A stretch of DNA of 64,000 bases from a bacterium (GCA_021802705.1 JAJZRL010000003.1:14142-78141); one strand, 5' to 3'. Shown: positions 1 to 9,072, numbered from the stretch's first letter. Numbers and translations: made by a program. The notes: generated by a model not told the origin, from the sequence alone.

Positions 1-27
1 ATCTGACGTGCTTTGGGAAGTATTCAT

Positions 28-99
28 TCCGCGGTAGCTCAGTGGTAGAGCGGCTCGCTGTTAACGAGTTGGTCGTAGGTTCGAATCCTACCCGCGGAG
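28..99 (+). tRNA. tRNA-Asn (anticodon GTT)
   Basis: Cloverleaf folds by eye: 7-bp acceptor TCCGCGG/CCGCGGA, D-arm GCTC-AGTGGTA-GAGC, anticodon arm GCTCG-CTGTTAA-CGAGT (GTT), T-arm GTAGG-TTCGAAT-CCTAC, discriminator G; CCA not encoded. Confidence 0.85.
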
Positions 100-111
100 C
101 TGGAACGAAAA

Positions 112-145
112 CGAAAGAGACCCGCAAGGGTCTCTTTCGTTTTAT
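112..145 (+). terminator. Rho-independent terminator after the tRNA
   Basis: Stem CGAAAGAGACCC / GGGTCTCTTTCG with GCAA loop, followed by TTTTAT. Confidence 0.7.
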
Positions 146-255
146 CGGGAGCGACAAACGCTGCGTACTGCCGGAGTACGATTGGACAAAGTCATCATAT
201 GATATGGTGGATAATGGATGGTGAATAGTTCACCATTGTCTTCACAACGTTAGGA

Positions 256-855
256 GTGAGAATCATGCAGATAGTGCAGCGTCAAGACCAAGTGCCACAG
301 GGTAAGACGAGGGGGACGCAAGTCAAATCCTCGTCGGTCATGCAACAACAAATGGCCCTCAGTCAGGGGATTATCCCTGCTGTGCGCGGAGAGTATTACA
401 GCTATGCTTCCGTGTTCACGGAAGAGCGACCACTTTACGCACTGATGAAGTGTAAGTCCAACAAGGCGCGTCTTATTGGCGAGCTTTCCGTCTTGGGTCC
501 GGAGGCCACCGCATTCTTCCAATTTAATGGGGCGGGTCCGCGCATCCTTTCCCTCAAGAAAGCGTTTGCCTCCGGTCTGTTGGAGAGCATGCAGCCAACA
601 GGTGCCTTCGGCGATGTCTGGTTCGCTCCGACCACGCTTACTGCCGAACAGTTCATGAAGCTGTGGACCAGCAAGAAGACGGGAGATCTCGTGAGCGCAT
701 GCCAACACGCGCTCTCGGGTCGCCAAGTCACAACCGAGTTGCGCGAAGAGTTAGTCGTGGCCATGATGACTGATAGCGGGAAATACGGCATGTTTCTCGT
801 CGAAGAGGTCACGATGTCCTCTGTCTTGATCGAGGCGTGCCACATCCAACATTGA
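256..855 (+). CDS. Hypothetical protein (199 aa)
   Basis: Long ORF with AGGAG 6 nt upstream of the ATG (ttaggagtgagaatcATG). No recognisable motif. The antisense ORF 250..726 has no RBS. Confidence 0.5.
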   Translation: MRIMQIVQRQDQVPQGKTRGTQVKSSSVMQQQMALSQGIIPAVRGEYYSYASVFTEERPLYALMKCKSNKARLIGELSVLGPEATAFFQFNGAGPRILSLKKAFASGLLESMQPTGAFGDVWFAPTTLTAEQFMKLWTSKKTGDLVSACQHALSGRQVTTELREELVVAMMTDSGKYGMFLVEEVTMSSVLIEACHIQH

Positions 856-868
856 GTACTATCTGCTC

Positions 869-1442
869 GTGACGGGAGCCGCGATTATCGCGCTATTTGG
901 CATTCTTCTCGACAGCATTCCGGTACTCATCGCCGCCATGATCGTGGCTCCGCTCATTCAGCCAGCCGATCATCGTGGCTGCGTATGGCCTCGTGAGCGG
1001 CAAATACATGTACATCGGGAGGGCAGTAAAAACGTTCGGACTTTCCATACTTGCGGTCGTTATTGTTGCCGTCATCGGGATACAGATTTTTCATTTTGTT
1101 GCCGTTCCGCTTGAGGACAGGGCGTTTATCTCGTTCGTTCCGGAACCGACATCAGCCCTGGTCATCGCCTTCGTCGGCGGGCTTTTTGCCACGCTCGGCA
1201 TTTTCTCCAAACGCATCGATAGCATTATCGTGGGCATCGGCATTGCCGTATCGCTCATGCCGCCGCTGGTCGCTTCGAGCATCGGGATAGTTGTCGGTTT
1301 GGGCGACCTCACGATTCGCGCCGCGACTATCTTTGGTCTCAATGTCGTCGGTATTTTTGCCGGCAGCGCGCTCATGCTTTTCCTCATGCGCAAGAATATT
1401 TTCAATTTCCGCAGATATTTGGAAGAACATCTAGCTGAGTAA
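869..1442 (+). pseudogene. DUF389-family membrane protein, split by an apparent +1 frameshift
   Basis: ORF 869..1114 reads ...AAMIVAPLIQP and ORF 975..1442 continues IIVAAYGLVSGKYMYIGRAV...VGIGIAVSLMPPLVASSIG in another frame. Deleting one G near 960-965 joins them into one DUF389-like protein with two hydrophobic repeats. The frameshift is either genuine or a sequencing error. Confidence 0.5.
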
Positions 1443-1543
1443 TCTATGAAATCGGACAAAATGACGACAGAGCGGTTCTTGCACACCCATGGCGATCGTC
1501 ATCGGCATCGTCTTGGTATGGCGAGGCATCTGGTACGTGGGGT

Positions 1544-1566
1544 GCTTGGCGGTGAAACCGCCAAGC
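1544..1566. repeat. Palindromic hairpin repeat, copy A (GCTTGGCGG-TGAAA-CCGCCAAGC)
   Basis: Perfect 9-bp stem with 5-nt loop in probable intergenic DNA. The same 21-nt core occurs at 33493..33515 and 56034..56072. Confidence 0.7.
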
Positions 1567-1663
1567 AAAAATCTCGATTCTTCGGTTTCGTCTTTATCCG
1601 TCTCACATTTTGCGGGTTTGAGGCGGATTTGAGCTAACCTGTATCGCACACGTAACAAAAACC

Positions 1664-1715
1664 CTCTGTTCCGGACCGCAAAAGCGATATGGAGACAGAG
1701 GGTGGAAGGCTCGAC
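1664..1715 (-). terminator. Putative terminator of the minus-strand gene 1732..2346
   Basis: On the minus strand, CCCTCTGT...ACAGAGGG stem (8 bp, large loop) followed by TTTTTGTT, immediately 3' of the stop. Confidence 0.4.
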
Positions 1716-1731
1716 TCGGAGCCGTAAAGGA

Positions 1732-2346
1732 TCAGTGAGAGATTATGTAGTTGCCGGGACACCACACGCGCGGATACGAAACCGGAGACGCTTTTATATT
1801 CCATCCTTTCCTGAACCAGAAAGCGTTGATGGCATACGCGAGACCTCTTGCATTTTCTACATAGAAAATGAAGTCTTTGGAGCGGTCCGCCACCTTCAAA
1901 AACTCGAAGACATGCGCAAAGGATACGCGAGCTTTCCTTATCTCCGGAAAGTTTCGGTCGCCAAGGTCGGCAAGGATCGATCTGTCCATCGACGACCTGA
2001 GCAGCCTGTGCTGTCTGACTGTCATAGCCGGGACATTCTCCTCAACAAGGTCGGGAAAACCGATCCTGAGTTCGCTGTCGAGGTAGATGATCGGCAATTC
2101 GCTGTTTACATCTATCCTGAGCTTGTCGCGTACCGCGAAGCGCTTGACCGACGGAAGACCGATCGGATCGCCTGTCTCTTTGAGAAAACCCCCAAGAACC
2201 GTATCCGAAGCGGATTTTCCGGTTTCGACTTCAACAGTCGCTTCACCGCACAGAAACGCGCGGACGGGGCTGCCCGCGCAACCGACCGTCCTGACGCTTG
2301 TTCCGTCATTGGTGAGGCCGGCCATTGCAAATCGATTTTGGGACAT
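1732..2346 (-). CDS. Hypothetical protein (204 aa)
   Basis: AGGAG 3 nt upstream of the ATG (ataggagcatATG) and a terminator-like hairpin plus T-run 3' of the stop. Chosen over the overlapping Arg-rich plus-strand ORF 1702..2502, which has no RBS. Family not recognised. Confidence 0.45.
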   Translation of the reverse strand: MSQNRFAMAGLTNDGTSVRTVGCAGSPVRAFLCGEATVEVETGKSASDTVLGGFLKETGDPIGLPSVKRFAVRDKLRIDVNSELPIIYLDSELRIGFPDLVEENVPAMTVRQHRLLRSSMDRSILADLGDRNFPEIRKARVSFAHVFEFLKVADRSKDFIFYVENARGLAYAINAFWFRKGWNIKASPVSYPRVWCPGNYIISH

Positions 2347-2550
2347 GACATATGCTCCTATGGGCTAACGCCCGTGAATGACTCCTCTCTCCCCGAGGCA
2401 TGGGGGCCTGGCGAGTCGTTCGCCACAGCAGGAAATGGCCGCGTTCAAGCCGCCGCTTCCTGCTGTGGCGAATACCTGTTTGTTCAAAGAGCTTCCAACT
2501 GAGAAAATATAGCCCATTTACGTATAAGTGTCAAATTCTCCAAAGTGGAT

Positions 2551-2579
2551 TTGACATCATAGTTCACCTGTGATATAAG
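2551..2579 (+). promoter_or_regulatory. Sigma-70-like promoter (TTGACA-17 nt-TATAAG)
   Basis: Near-consensus -35 and -10 with a 17-nt spacer, ~90 nt upstream of CDS 2668. Downstream, hairpins CGAGCT-TTTCT-AGCTCG and CCTTCACG...CGTGAAGG abut the RBS. Confidence 0.55.
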
Positions 2580-2667
2580 AGGAATCAGGTCGAGCTTTTC
2601 TAGCTCGTTTATGAACATTCACAACGTTCCTTCACGTCCTTCCCCGTGAAGGATGAGGAGAAACAGT

Positions 2668-3252
2668 ATGGACGCAAGCGTGCTGCAAAACCTGAGCATC
2701 GAGCAAATTATCGATGTTCTCAAAGAGAAAGTGGGCAAAGAAGAGACCGTGCGTTTTCTTCTTCGGGAAAAGATGGGCATCAGTACCGTAAGGCTCGGCA
2801 CAGGACCAAGGAACGCACGGGCGTTTTGCGAAGCTCTGAGTTCCGACGGTTTTTCCATCGATAAAGAGATAAGAGATATTCCCGACTCCCCCGCTCTTAT
2901 AGCGCTCGATAGAGGAATAAACGTCGATGTCGTCGATGTCTCGGTAAAAGATCTGGGATGCCCGGCTGGCGCGCGATACAAAGAAGTCTGCATGCGCGGG
3001 CTTGATCTGGGGTACAGACTCTGTCCTCCCGAGCTCGCTTATCAGTTACGCCGGCAATACGTAAACCAGCCGGTCGGCGAGCGCCTTTATCTTGCGATGA
3101 AGAGCGTTGTCGATTCGTATGGCAACCAAAGAATCTTCGCGGTTGGATGCGACGAGAACGGCCCTTATTTCGGGCTTGATCGCGGCGGTCTCGATGAATT
3201 CTGGTTCGCCAGTCGTCGCTTCGTCTTTATCCGCCCGCGTCGAATGAACTGA
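2668..3252 (+). CDS. Hypothetical protein (194 aa)
   Basis: ATG preceded by GGAGAAACAGT RBS (aggatgaggagaaacagtATG); earlier in-frame codons lack an RBS. No recognisable domain. Confidence 0.55.
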   Translation: MDASVLQNLSIEQIIDVLKEKVGKEETVRFLLREKMGISTVRLGTGPRNARAFCEALSSDGFSIDKEIRDIPDSPALIALDRGINVDVVDVSVKDLGCPAGARYKEVCMRGLDLGYRLCPPELAYQLRRQYVNQPVGERLYLAMKSVVDSYGNQRIFAVGCDENGPYFGLDRGGLDEFWFASRRFVFIRPRRMN

Positions 3253-3265
3253 AATCTTAACCAAG

Positions 3266-3304
3266 CCTCGTATCCGTTCTGTGTTTACGGATACGAGGTT
3301 TTTT
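3266..3304 (+). terminator. Rho-independent terminator
   Basis: CCTCGTATCCGT / ACGGATACGAGG 12-bp stem followed by TTTTTTG. Confidence 0.75.
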
Positions 3305-3415
3305 GTATCCTGTCCGCAGAATCCCACAAGGTGCCAATTTCGGATAAATTTGACTTCTATATGACTGTATGGTATTTGAACATCAGACTTGAACTCAACA
3401 AAAAAGGAGGTAGCT

Positions 3416-3676
3416 ATGGAGGAAGCGTTCTTGCAGCCGAGGTACGTAAACGGAGCAGAAATCGAGATCCGATTCAGCGGGGCCTGGTATGCCGCCACTG
3501 TCATCCGGACGCATGCTTATGTCATCGTATACCGTCTCGAAGAAGAGGGAAAGCGGCAAGCCGGCTTCACACGATACGCATTCGGATTGTTCGAGAAGCC
3601 CTGCTTTATCACGTACCCGAAAGGATACGAGGGGCAGATTAGCCGGTTCAGTCCGAATATCCGTCCCAGGAGATAA
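3416..3676 (+). CDS. Hypothetical small protein (86 aa)
   Basis: aaaaaaGGAGGtagctATG, a strong RBS. No recognisable motif. Confidence 0.55.
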   Translation: MEEAFLQPRYVNGAEIEIRFSGAWYAATVIRTHAYVIVYRLEEEGKRQAGFTRYAFGLFEKPCFITYPKGYEGQISRFSPNIRPRR

Positions 3677-3742
3677 TCCGTAATCAGCGATCATTTCATT
3701 TATCGTGCATCCTGCCTTTTGGCAGGAAAGAAAGGAGCTATC

Positions 3743-3931
3743 ATGGGAAACGCGTTGAGAGAATGCCTTGCAGAGCTTCTCGAACACATGGAAAACCTGA
3801 ATTCAACCTTCCCCGATACGGAGGAATTCTTGAGAAGGAGGGGGTTGGAGAATGTACGCGACCTGAACGAAAGGGAGAGAAAAGAGCTCTTCGAGTTTTT
3901 GGAAACAAGGTACAAAAAACTCTTGAATTAA
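3743..3931 (+). CDS. Hypothetical small acidic protein (62 aa)
   Basis: gaaAGGAGctatcATG RBS, with the hairpin TCCTGCC-TTTT-GGCAGGA just upstream. Confidence 0.5.
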   Translation: MGNALRECLAELLEHMENLNSTFPDTEEFLRRRGLENVRDLNERERKELFEFLETRYKKLLN

Positions 3932-3945
3932 AAACGAAACATGGC

Positions 3946-3974
3946 GCCGCCGGATCCTGGACCGGCGGTTTTTT
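3946..3974 (+). terminator. Rho-independent terminator
   Basis: GC-rich stem CCGCCGG...CCGGCGG followed by TTTTTTG. Confidence 0.7.
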
Positions 3975-4021
3975 GTTGCCGGTTGAAAGTAAAAAGAGCC
4001 ACGAGGGCTCTTTTGATGGAA

Positions 4022-4195
4022 TTACCTTTCACTGTTTTCTTTTTCGGCAAGGAATCGCTCTTCCAAGCGCGCGATCACTTGAGCCGGATCATCGCTTTCT
4101 CCTCTGAGGAAACTTCGGAATGATTCCTGCTCTACCGCAATGACAACTTCTTGCGAGCCATTCAATGAGACGGTATCTATGTTGTCTATCAACAT
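4022..4195 (-). CDS. Hypothetical small protein (57 aa), not in the supplied ORF track
   Basis: Own translation of the minus strand gives MLIDNIDTVSLNGSQEVVIAVEQESF...EKENSER with GAGGAG 7 nt upstream of the ATG. A bidirectional hairpin AGAGCC-ACGAG-GGCTCT flanked by A/T runs sits at 3991..4015. Confidence 0.35.
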   Translation of the reverse strand: MLIDNIDTVSLNGSQEVVIAVEQESFRSFLRGESDDPAQVIARLEERFLAEKENSER

Positions 4196-4445
4196 CACTA
4201 TTCTCCTCTAATTTAAAGAACGCATTGCGCTTGACTGTCCGATCTTTCCGGCCAGTCGTTCGGTACCATACACCCTTTATATGCAGGAGGCAATAGTCTC
4301 TGAGGATCAATATGGGGATTCCCCTACGTGACGCCATTCTGCGTTTCCAAACGTTCCGTTATGTTAGAATCAGCTCACCGGACTTCCCGGGGTCTTCAAT
4401 TGATTATACGTACTTATTATTTACAAGTTAAGTTCATCACACACT

Positions 4446-5102
4446 ATGCGCTTCCTTAAAAACCCTCGTTTCCTTTCCCTCGCGGTCGGTTCCGCCGTCG
4501 CGATGAGCCTTGTCGGAAACATTCCTGTCGCACAAGCGGCAACGCTCAGCACTGTCCAGATACAGGCCATCCTCAATCTCTTGCAGGCATTCAATGCGGA
4601 TGCGACGACGATCGCAAACGTACAAGCCGCGCTCGAAAACACCGCAACGTCCACGCAATCAGTGCTTCCACCGACCGGTTCGAGCTCGGAAGGACAAGCT
4701 TCTTCGTCACCGAGCGGAAGCCCTTGTTTCGTGTTTACGAACACGTTTAGCATCGGCTCTACCGACCGATCAACGGAAGGAGAAGTGTCCCGCCTGCAGG
4801 CCTTCCTCGGGAAATACAAGAGCATCTACCCCGAAGACGCCGTTACCGGCTTCTTCGGATCATCGACCCTGGCAGCCGTACAGAAATGGCAGGCCGAACA
4901 TGGCATCGTTTCATCCGGCAGCCCGGACTCTACCGGATTCGGAACTGTCGGACCATTGACCCGCGAAGACATGAATAAAGAGATGGAAAGAGAATGTGAG
5001 AATGGAGACATGTCCTCGTCTTCCTCCGACTCGACCGCATCCTCTTCTGACTCGTCAACGTCTTCTACGACATCCCAGGATTCGAGCTCGGGAGATAATT
5101 AA
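4446..5102 (+). CDS. Secreted peptidoglycan-binding-domain protein with Ser-rich C-terminus
   Basis: N-terminal signal peptide (AVGSAVAMSLVGNIPVAQA). PG_binding_1-like segment VSRLQAFLGKYKSIYPEDAVTGFFGSSTLAAVQKWQAEHGI. Low-complexity Ser/Thr/Asp tail. Confidence 0.65.
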   Translation: MRFLKNPRFLSLAVGSAVAMSLVGNIPVAQAATLSTVQIQAILNLLQAFNADATTIANVQAALENTATSTQSVLPPTGSSSEGQASSSPSGSPCFVFTNTFSIGSTDRSTEGEVSRLQAFLGKYKSIYPEDAVTGFFGSSTLAAVQKWQAEHGIVSSGSPDSTGFGTVGPLTREDMNKEMERECENGDMSSSSSDSTASSSDSSTSSTTSQDSSSGDN

Positions 5103-5121
5103 TCTTCTCTTCACCCTTAAA

Positions 5122-5158
5122 AACACACTCGCGACTATCGCGAGTGTGTTTTTTATTT
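5122..5158. terminator. Bidirectional rho-independent terminator
   Basis: AACACACTCGCG-ACTAT-CGCGAGTGTGTT, a 12-bp stem flanked by AAAA and TTTTTTATTTT. Serves the convergent genes 4446..5102 (+) and 5153..6745 (-). Confidence 0.8.
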
Positions 5159-6745
5159 TCCCGCCGGGATCGGTAACGTAACGACGAAAGTCGAGCCCTT
5201 CCCTTCCCCTTCGCTTTCAGCGTAGATGGTACCGCCATGAGCGATAACGATGTTCTTCGCGATAAAGAGCCCGTAACCGGTCGAATGGGTGTTTACCCTC
5301 TGCGAGTTTCTGCCATGGCCTCCTTCGGTAAAAAGCCGTTTTTTATCTTCGCCCGTGATGCCGACGCCGGTATCCTTTACGGCAAAGACGAAATTGCCGC
5401 TTTCTCGCTTGAGAGAAACGACGATGGAACCGGAGGGGGTGTAATTGATGGCATTGTCGATGAGATTGCGAAATACGTGATCGCCGATTTCTCCCTTATC
5501 ACCAACGAAAACAAAGGAAGCATCCGAACCGTCTGTAACGAAAGAGAGGTCGAGCCCCTTCTCTTCTGCGCTTGATCTTGCTTTTTCGACTTCTTCTGCC
5601 GCGAGTTGTGCGAGATCGAAAGGTTCTTTCTTATATTCCGTCGTCCCCTTCTTCTGATTCGACGCTTTGAGGATATCGGTAACCGCGACCAAATTCTCGC
5701 GCGATTGAGCGAGAGCGCGATCGACAAAAGGCCTCAATGCGTCCGGAAGAGCGCCGAGATCGCCCTCGGAAAGCGCGGCGAAGGCGCCCGTGTCTTTCGT
5801 GAGGAATCCCTTGACCTCATGCCCGATGAAATGAATGAGGCCTTCCTGCCGCTCGTTTATCTCCTTGAGCTCCTCCGCGAGTTTTTCAAGATTCAACGTA
5901 TCTTGCACGATTCTTACACTTCCAATTAAAACAACAGCAAACGCGGTAATGTTGATAACAATTTCGCTTACACTCGTTGAATATAAAACATTTATGAATG
6001 TAAATACCGTGACCATGAAACCCAAGAAGGCTGTTGTCACGACCTTGAGATTGAAAAGATGGTGGCGGTAGATCGCATACGAGGTTGCAACGACAAATGG
6101 GAGAAGAAATATGGCGCCGAGCGGGATGAAGCTTGAATTGTTAAAAATGACTGGGATAAATAAGTTGAAAATGAGAAGAAGTACGAATGTAATAATCGTT
6201 CCTGTGAGCATCATAGAATATGCTTGGCGTTGTTTTTTTGGCGCTTGAATTGTTTTGCGTATCAGTTTCAAAATTGCAAAAATGACAAGCAGCGAAACCA
6301 GTGTGCCGAAGAACGCGACAGCCGGGCCAGTTTGAACAGCGATAATTTCATTGCCTGTCCCAACAGAAGTCACGCGTTCAAATACATACGGAGTAAGTGT
6401 TAAGACGGATACCACACCGGTAATAGGTATAAGAATATAAGTGTGCCACCAAGGTTGATGGTAGTTGTCATCCGGAAATGCCGATGTTAGATGAAAGAAG
6501 GTAAATGCGTGCCACGTCGCAAAGAAAATCACGCCTCGGAGCAGCAAGAATGCGAAATTCCCATTGGGAAATTGGTAATAAGAATAATTCACTATGCTCC
6601 AAAAAATAGAAATGATTGCGAAGTAAAAAAACGAACGGTTCGTCGTCGAACGAGCATTATTAAAAACAATGACAAAACCAAGAAGACCCATGCTGGCAAC
6701 CGCTATACCGACAAAAAGAAGATCGAGATGAGAAGATAGCTGCAT
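5153..6745 (-). CDS. Sensor histidine kinase with multi-pass (about 7 TM) N-terminal domain
   Basis: ~300 aa of hydrophobic helices, then a HisKA-like H-box (FIGHEVKGF) and HATPase_c motifs (NLIDNAINYT, DTGVGI, GYGLFIAKNIVIAHGG). No response regulator adjacent. Last gene of the ThiF-like/nitroreductase operon (3-nt gaps). Confidence 0.8.
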   Translation of the reverse strand: MQLSSHLDLLFVGIAVASMGLLGFVIVFNNARSTTNRSFFYFAIISIFWSIVNYSYYQFPNGNFAFLLLRGVIFFATWHAFTFFHLTSAFPDDNYHQPWWHTYILIPITGVVSVLTLTPYVFERVTSVGTGNEIIAVQTGPAVAFFGTLVSLLVIFAILKLIRKTIQAPKKQRQAYSMMLTGTIITFVLLLIFNLFIPVIFNNSSFIPLGAIFLLPFVVATSYAIYRHHLFNLKVVTTAFLGFMVTVFTFINVLYSTSVSEIVINITAFAVVLIGSVRIVQDTLNLEKLAEELKEINERQEGLIHFIGHEVKGFLTKDTGAFAALSEGDLGALPDALRPFVDRALAQSRENLVAVTDILKASNQKKGTTEYKKEPFDLAQLAAEEVEKARSSAEEKGLDLSFVTDGSDASFVFVGDKGEIGDHVFRNLIDNAINYTPSGSIVVSLKRESGNFVFAVKDTGVGITGEDKKRLFTEGGHGRNSQRVNTHSTGYGLFIAKNIVIAHGGTIYAESEGEGKGSTFVVTLPIPAGK

Positions 6746-6748
6746 AAA

Positions 6749-7816
6749 TTACACGAATACAATATCAGGTGTACGGTGGCGATATGTTACAGCTGTCGGC
6801 TCATTGCCCACACCAATACGAAAGACAAGGACGGGCTCGTGGTCCTGATTGACGTGATTTTTAATGATCATGTAAGCTGCTCGGACACGCTCCTTTTCAC
6901 TCTCGCTGAAGATAGCACTGTTGTTTTCCATAGAACGTACGAGGAACGTGATGCCAGTCACGATTTGCATTGATAGTCCTCGCGCGGTTGCAAGAAGCCA
7001 TATACGCTCAAGCGCTTTACCTATCTCAAGATAGGTAACCCGATCCGTATGTGGCGCAGTGATTACACCCAATGCAGACGCCGCAGCATTTTGTTGCGCA
7101 TTCGTTTTTGCAACAATTTGTGAAAAGCCTATCTTGGTAAATAGCTTTGCAAAACTCCAATGTTTCAGAAGTCGGAATAATATTTGAGCAGGTGGCGGTA
7201 ATTCCAGCGTCTTGATGTAAAGTCCCTGTTTCCCCGATCGATTCTCTTTTTCGGACCAGAAGATGTTTTCAAAAAAAAGTTTGTGCAACGTGTGATTTCC
7301 AAGCGCTACTTCCTCCATTACCGTAAGCGCTTTTGCTACCTCTGACATCGAATCTCGAGACTCAATGAGCGAGAAATCCAATTCTGTACGCTCTGAGAGA
7401 AACGAATCAAGAATAGCGGTCCTCGTTTCTTTTGATAATGGAACCTTTTTATACGGTTTTCTGTTGGTGTGCCGTTTAAATATCGATTTCTGAAGAAACT
7501 CATCAGTTTTATCCAATCTTCCACCAACCTTAAGCTCCATCACAGCAACACAGGACCCATCTTCATGGAGTACAGTATGCGGCACGTATCCTTGTGCGCG
7601 TGCCTCAAGCTCAGCGTTCTGTAAGGCGGCGCCAAGCGCAATGAGAGTCCCTCCTTCTTTATAATTTAAGATCGGATTGTCTTTTTCGGGAAGGGCGTAA
7701 AATTCAATAGAGCTATCCTGTACGACAAAACGCCACGGCTGAGAATTATCTCCTGAAGGAGCGGCGGCTGCGGCAGTAAGTATCTTTGTTACTTTCTCTT
7801 TGTACGCCGTATCCAT
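6749..7816 (-). CDS. Nitroreductase-superfamily protein with a large internal insertion (two-domain, SagB/McbC- or Acg-like), 355 aa
   Basis: N-terminal hallmark AAAPSGDNSQPWRFVV (SxxNxQPW) and a C-terminal nitroreductase-like segment (ALGVITAPHTDRVTYLEIGKALERIWLLATARGLS), separated by ~150 aa. Translationally packed behind the ThiF-like gene. Confidence 0.65.
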   Translation of the reverse strand: MDTAYKEKVTKILTAAAAAPSGDNSQPWRFVVQDSSIEFYALPEKDNPILNYKEGGTLIALGAALQNAELEARAQGYVPHTVLHEDGSCVAVMELKVGGRLDKTDEFLQKSIFKRHTNRKPYKKVPLSKETRTAILDSFLSERTELDFSLIESRDSMSEVAKALTVMEEVALGNHTLHKLFFENIFWSEKENRSGKQGLYIKTLELPPPAQILFRLLKHWSFAKLFTKIGFSQIVAKTNAQQNAAASALGVITAPHTDRVTYLEIGKALERIWLLATARGLSMQIVTGITFLVRSMENNSAIFSESEKERVRAAYMIIKNHVNQDHEPVLVFRIGVGNEPTAVTYRHRTPDIVFV

Positions 7817-7819
7817 ATT

Positions 7820-8941
7820 CTAGAGACCTATTGCGGCAAAGAAACCCGCGCGCGCTTTTTCGCGAGCAATTTTCACGTGCGGTGCATGATATTCCGGATC
7901 AAGGAGCGCATCGAGACTAATCTCGCATTTCTCTTCGTTCACGATCTGCCCAAGCGCGAGCCGCTTCAAGATATAGGAGATGGCAACGCCCGAAAGCGTC
8001 GCGGCATCGCCGAGCTGCGGCCAGGAATAAATCTCGCGGCCGACCTGGAGGAGCGAGCTCATCATGCGTTCGGTCACAAGCTCGGGACCGGCGATCTTCG
8101 TCGCCAGTTTGGGCAAGTCAGACGGTATAAACGATTTGAACATCTCTATGTTTACATCGCCGATGACGCCATTGAAAAGCTGTTTCGTCTTGACCGTATC
8201 AAAGCGTTCCACCTCAACGATAATGTTGTCGCCGTTATCGGTCGCCATAACGACCGGAATGCCGCGCTCGCGAGCCGCGAGCCGCAACCGTATCTTCATC
8301 TCAAGATTGTCAGTCTCCTCAACGAGGACATCAGCATCCTCGAGGAAGGCACTCATGGTTTCTTCCGTAACGCCTGAATCGAATGTTTCGATCTCGGCAT
8401 AGGGATTCAGCTGATAAATATACTCACGCACCAGATCGGTCTTTTTCCGGCCGAGATCGAGAAAGTCAAAGCGAATGCGGTTTAAGTTTGAGGGTGAGAC
8501 CTCGTCCGGATCGGCAATTTTTATATGACGCGCGCCGCCCATGAGCGCGAACGTAAGGGCGCCATGACTGCCAACGCTTAGCCCTGCGTATGCGACCGTT
8601 AGGCCATACAGTTTCTTCTGTTCTTCTTTCGTAATAATGTTTCGGTTACGCGCGGTGCGTATTTCCTGATGCTCGTCGTGTGGCAGATAATGCACGAGGA
8701 TCTTGTTCCACGGAAAGAAAAACCATTCTCCCACTTCTTCAATCGGCTTCTCTCCGCAATACTCTTTCGTGAACGCTTCGACTTCAATCGCATGATCTTT
8801 GATGAATTTAAATCGCGGATTACGGATGAGAAACAAATCCTCCAAAAGGAGATTGTAGCGATCAATTACTTTTGACGGTTGAAGACGGTCGCGAAAGGCT
8901 GAAAACGATTCCTTTAATCGGTCAAGTCGTTCTGGCTGCAT
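7820..8941 (-). CDS. ThiF/MoeB (E1-like) family adenylyltransferase-like protein with N-terminal extension
   Basis: Nucleotide-binding region GLSVGSHGALTFALMGGARHIKIADPDEVSPSNLNRI (the D-x-D-x-V-x-x-SNLNR motif of the E1 superfamily) after a ~120-aa N-terminal region. No ThiS/MoaD-like or YcaO gene nearby. Confidence 0.65.
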   Translation of the reverse strand: MQPERLDRLKESFSAFRDRLQPSKVIDRYNLLLEDLFLIRNPRFKFIKDHAIEVEAFTKEYCGEKPIEEVGEWFFFPWNKILVHYLPHDEHQEIRTARNRNIITKEEQKKLYGLTVAYAGLSVGSHGALTFALMGGARHIKIADPDEVSPSNLNRIRFDFLDLGRKKTDLVREYIYQLNPYAEIETFDSGVTEETMSAFLEDADVLVEETDNLEMKIRLRLAARERGIPVVMATDNGDNIIVEVERFDTVKTKQLFNGVIGDVNIEMFKSFIPSDLPKLATKIAGPELVTERMMSSLLQVGREIYSWPQLGDAATLSGVAISYILKRLALGQIVNEEKCEISLDALLDPEYHAPHVKIAREKARAGFFAAIGL

Positions 8942-9020
8942 GTTGAAATAGTAGCACGGGAACTCACGTTATTAGAACGGAGGCTGAGAAACCCCTTGAA
9001 CTCAGACACCCTGTGCAGTG

Positions 9021-9054
9021 CACGGATAAAGAAACGCCCGACGAATCGGGCGTT
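9021..9054 (-). terminator. Terminator of the ClpP-like gene
   Basis: AACGCCCGA-CGAA-TCGGGCGTT stem followed on the minus strand by TCTTTAT. It separates 9073..9615 from the ThiF-like operon. Confidence 0.65.
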
Positions 9055-9072
9055 ACAAAAAGAACTCAATCA

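Noticed and set aside
250-726. 158-aa minus-strand ORF antisense to 256..855
   Set aside because: No RBS; the plus-strand ORF has AGGAG. High-GC genomes generate long antisense frames.
1702-2502. 266-aa plus-strand ORF overlapping the minus-strand gene 1732..2346
   Set aside because: Arg-rich and no RBS. Its start falls inside the terminator hairpin of the minus-strand gene, which has AGGAG and a 3' terminator. Treated as an antisense shadow frame (moderate certainty only).
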